Part shown: positions 60,898 to 64,000 of the stretch, piece after piece
Layout of the letters: every line of letters begins with the position of its first letter
Numbering within the stretch: the first letter of the stretch is position 1
NCBI RefSeq assembly: GCF_009914755.1
Contig: NC_060926.1
Length of the DNA stretch: 64,000 bases
Origin: the human T2T-CHM13v2.0 reference genome, Homo sapiens
Strand: one strand, 5' to 3'
Translations under genes and position numbers: made by a program
Notes under the pieces: generated by a model
Databases searched by the model: none
What the model was told of the DNA's origin: nothing
The model's input: the letters and a program-made list of their open reading frames with translations, nothing else

Positions 60898-61618
60898 CTG
60901 AAATGCACAAAATAAAAACATGTTTTTTCACTTATAAAACACTTTATGTTGTTTGATCCCATATTTCTTCTCTATTTATGTTTTTACAGATTACCTTAAC
61001 ATGTATTTATTAATACCTTAAAGTAGACTTCAAAATGGTTTCCAAGTTAAACAGCCAAACTCAACATAAGGTTGTAGTTTTGCAATTAGGTTAATATTCA
61101 AATTAGCTATGTGTGAAAGAAGGAATTCCCATGCCATCAGGTTGATTATGAAGATATTAAGTTTTTATTTCTAGGACTTTTAAAATAATACATTAAGAAA
61201 ATAAATTTACAAACATTATAAAATTGTTTTTCATTAAATGGTAGCCAAATAATTTTTCATGCATACAAAGTTTTTAAATGGCAAGTTATAGAGGCACAAT
61301 GGGTATCATAGTAAACAACTGCTTTTAATTTACATAGGGGTAAAGTCATTGTTTTGGAAGTTTTTCACATTTTCACTTACCAGATCTACTGATGAATCCG
61401 ATAATTACACCTTATTGTGTTCCTTTTCACTCCCAGAAAACATAAGATCACTAAAAGCTTCATTACCATGTATAAATTCTTAAATGTTAAAAAAGCATCT
61501 ATAGCTGGGCGCAGTGGCTCATACCTGTAATCTCAGCACCCAGCCGAGGTGGGTGGATCACCTGAGGTCAGGAGTTCGAGACCAGCCTGACCAACATGGA
61601 GAAACCCCACCTCTACTA

Positions 61619-61777
<159 letters not shown>

Positions 61778-62187
61778 TCAAACAAAAAACAAAAAAACAA
61801 GAAACAAAAAAGCATTTATAAAGCAATTTTACATTAGGATTCACTGAAATCTTCTTAAACATTTTTTTCTTAATGGGATAATTGGTTAAGTGCCAAGTAA
61901 AAAGAAAACCTGTTGTTGAATAAAAAACATATTACGTTTTTTTACTGAAAATTGTTCGATATTGCTGTGTGAATGAGCATGACAGTTAAGTAGTTTCAGT
62001 AGTTTTTAATAATTTAATTTCTAGGTTAAAAATTCAATTAACAATTTATAAGGTGAGGTGAAAAATCCTTTCACTTTTCCTTCTCTGAACTGTGCTATAC
62101 TGTACAAAATCTTTCCATAGCTTTAAAATGAAAGATATGAATTTTCAGAAGTGATAATCTTGAAATATATTAATATGACAGACCTAC

Positions 62188-62442
62188 CTAAAATCAGATG
62201 CATTCTGTCTTTGTTAATTTCTGGCAAAGATTTAGCACTACCCACTGCTCCTGATGCCTGGTTTAAATTGACAGATGTAGAACGTTTTTGTAAACCAGAT
62301 ATTGCTGCTGCTTCTGTAGACTCTGAGCACGTAAATCCTGTGCTATTTAACCAAAGTGCCACCGCATGGAGAATTGGGGCCCAGGAATTCCGATAGTGAA
62401 GTCTAGCTGTATCAATAGTTTCAGGGGTATAAAATGCTCCAC
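62188..62442 (-). CDS. HEATR5B: HEATR5B exon ([32 protein letters not shown]...DRMHLIL)
   Basis: ttacag|GT acceptor, G|GTAGGT donor, 255 nt, phase 1-1. Confidence 0.94.
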
Positions 62443-62466
62443 CTGTAAAGCAATCAAATCAATTAA

Positions 62467-62661
<195 letters not shown>

Positions 62662-63674
62662 TAGTAGAAATGGGGTTTCACCATGCTGGCCAGGCTGGTC
62701 TCAAACTCTCAATCCACCCGCCTCAGCCTCCCAAAGTGCTGGGATTACAGGCATGTGCCACTGCACCCGGCCAAAATATTACTATTATACATGTTCGCTC
62801 ATTTATGAACCACTAACAAAAATACCTGTTACATACAAAAGAGAAATCTAGCCAAAGGGCTTCTCCTCTTTATAAAGCCACCAAAAGTAACCCCTTTTCT
62901 GTAGCTGATGAACTGGAATACCTGTCTCTTCCTCACTGATGCTAGTTTTCCAGCCTTTCCTCTGCTACTGCTGATGTCACTAAGTATTCTTACCTTTTCT
63001 TACCCTGTTGTCACAGAATTTACCTCTTCATTGTTGCCAGTGGCTCCTAAAACCCTATCATCTTCTCTTTCTATCACAACCAGGGAACTCTGTTTCTTCC
63101 CTCTGTTTCTTTCTTCTTCTGCTATTCCTCTCCACCTCCTGTTGTTTCCTCTACTAACACTGAGGACTTCCTCATCACTCCTTGCTGTTATGATGGATTA
63201 AGGAAGGAAAAAAGGGGGCGGGGGAACTCCATTATTCTTATCATTAATATATAGGAAGGAGAATGGGTTCTTCAAGTAGGAACTAATAACACACTTTCTA
63301 AACAGAAAAAAATGTTGACGATTTCTACACTGATTTTGATAAGAAAACTAAAGTACAATTTGCAAAGCACTTTAGGAACATAATTTATTGGCACACTAGG
63401 AATCTGAAATAGAATATGAAAATACAAACATTGAACAGTACAGCAATATACATCTATGGTTATGCATAATGACTTGTTACCCATAGCTATTTAGAATACC
63501 CTAGCTCATACAGCTATTATTGTAACAGTGCTTGCTAATATGTTTGCTTCAGCCAACAAAAAAGCTCTATATCTTCTATCTACAAATTCAATATAGAGTA
63601 CATATTCTAACTGAGACAACATCAAACTTAAGCCACAGAAATTTAAACTGTTACTATAGCAACTGTTGTTGCTA

Positions 63675-63986
<312 letters not shown>

Positions 63987-64000
63987 CTAATATGATATTT

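Overview
Primate (almost certainly human, 2p22 region) genomic DNA carrying two minus-strand genes in tandem. (1) The last nine coding exons and 3'UTR of HEATR5B (about 36030-63986). I checked all splice sites and phases by hand; the exons join into one 1932-nt open frame ending in TAA. (2) About 14 kb downstream, the CpG-island promoter, coding exon 1 (21368-21601) and first ~21 kb of intron 1 of STRN (striatin). The rest is repeat-dense: more than 60 Alu copies, old L1/L2/MIR/CR1 fragments, Tigger/MER/MADE DNA transposons, an ERV1 solo LTR inserted inside an Alu, a 3'-truncated U6 retrocopy and several microsatellites. Nearly all ORF-track entries are Alu or low-complexity artefacts. I do not see a new multi-gene system. 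The best leads are regulatory or RNA-level: a well-formed distal minus-strand poly(A) site next to an Alu/LTR chimera upstream of STRN, in-frame circularisable HEATR5B exons bracketed by inverted Alus, a stop-free STRN leader with a possible non-AUG N-terminal extension, and several fold-back templated micro-duplications. Repeat boundaries and subfamily names are by eye and approximate.
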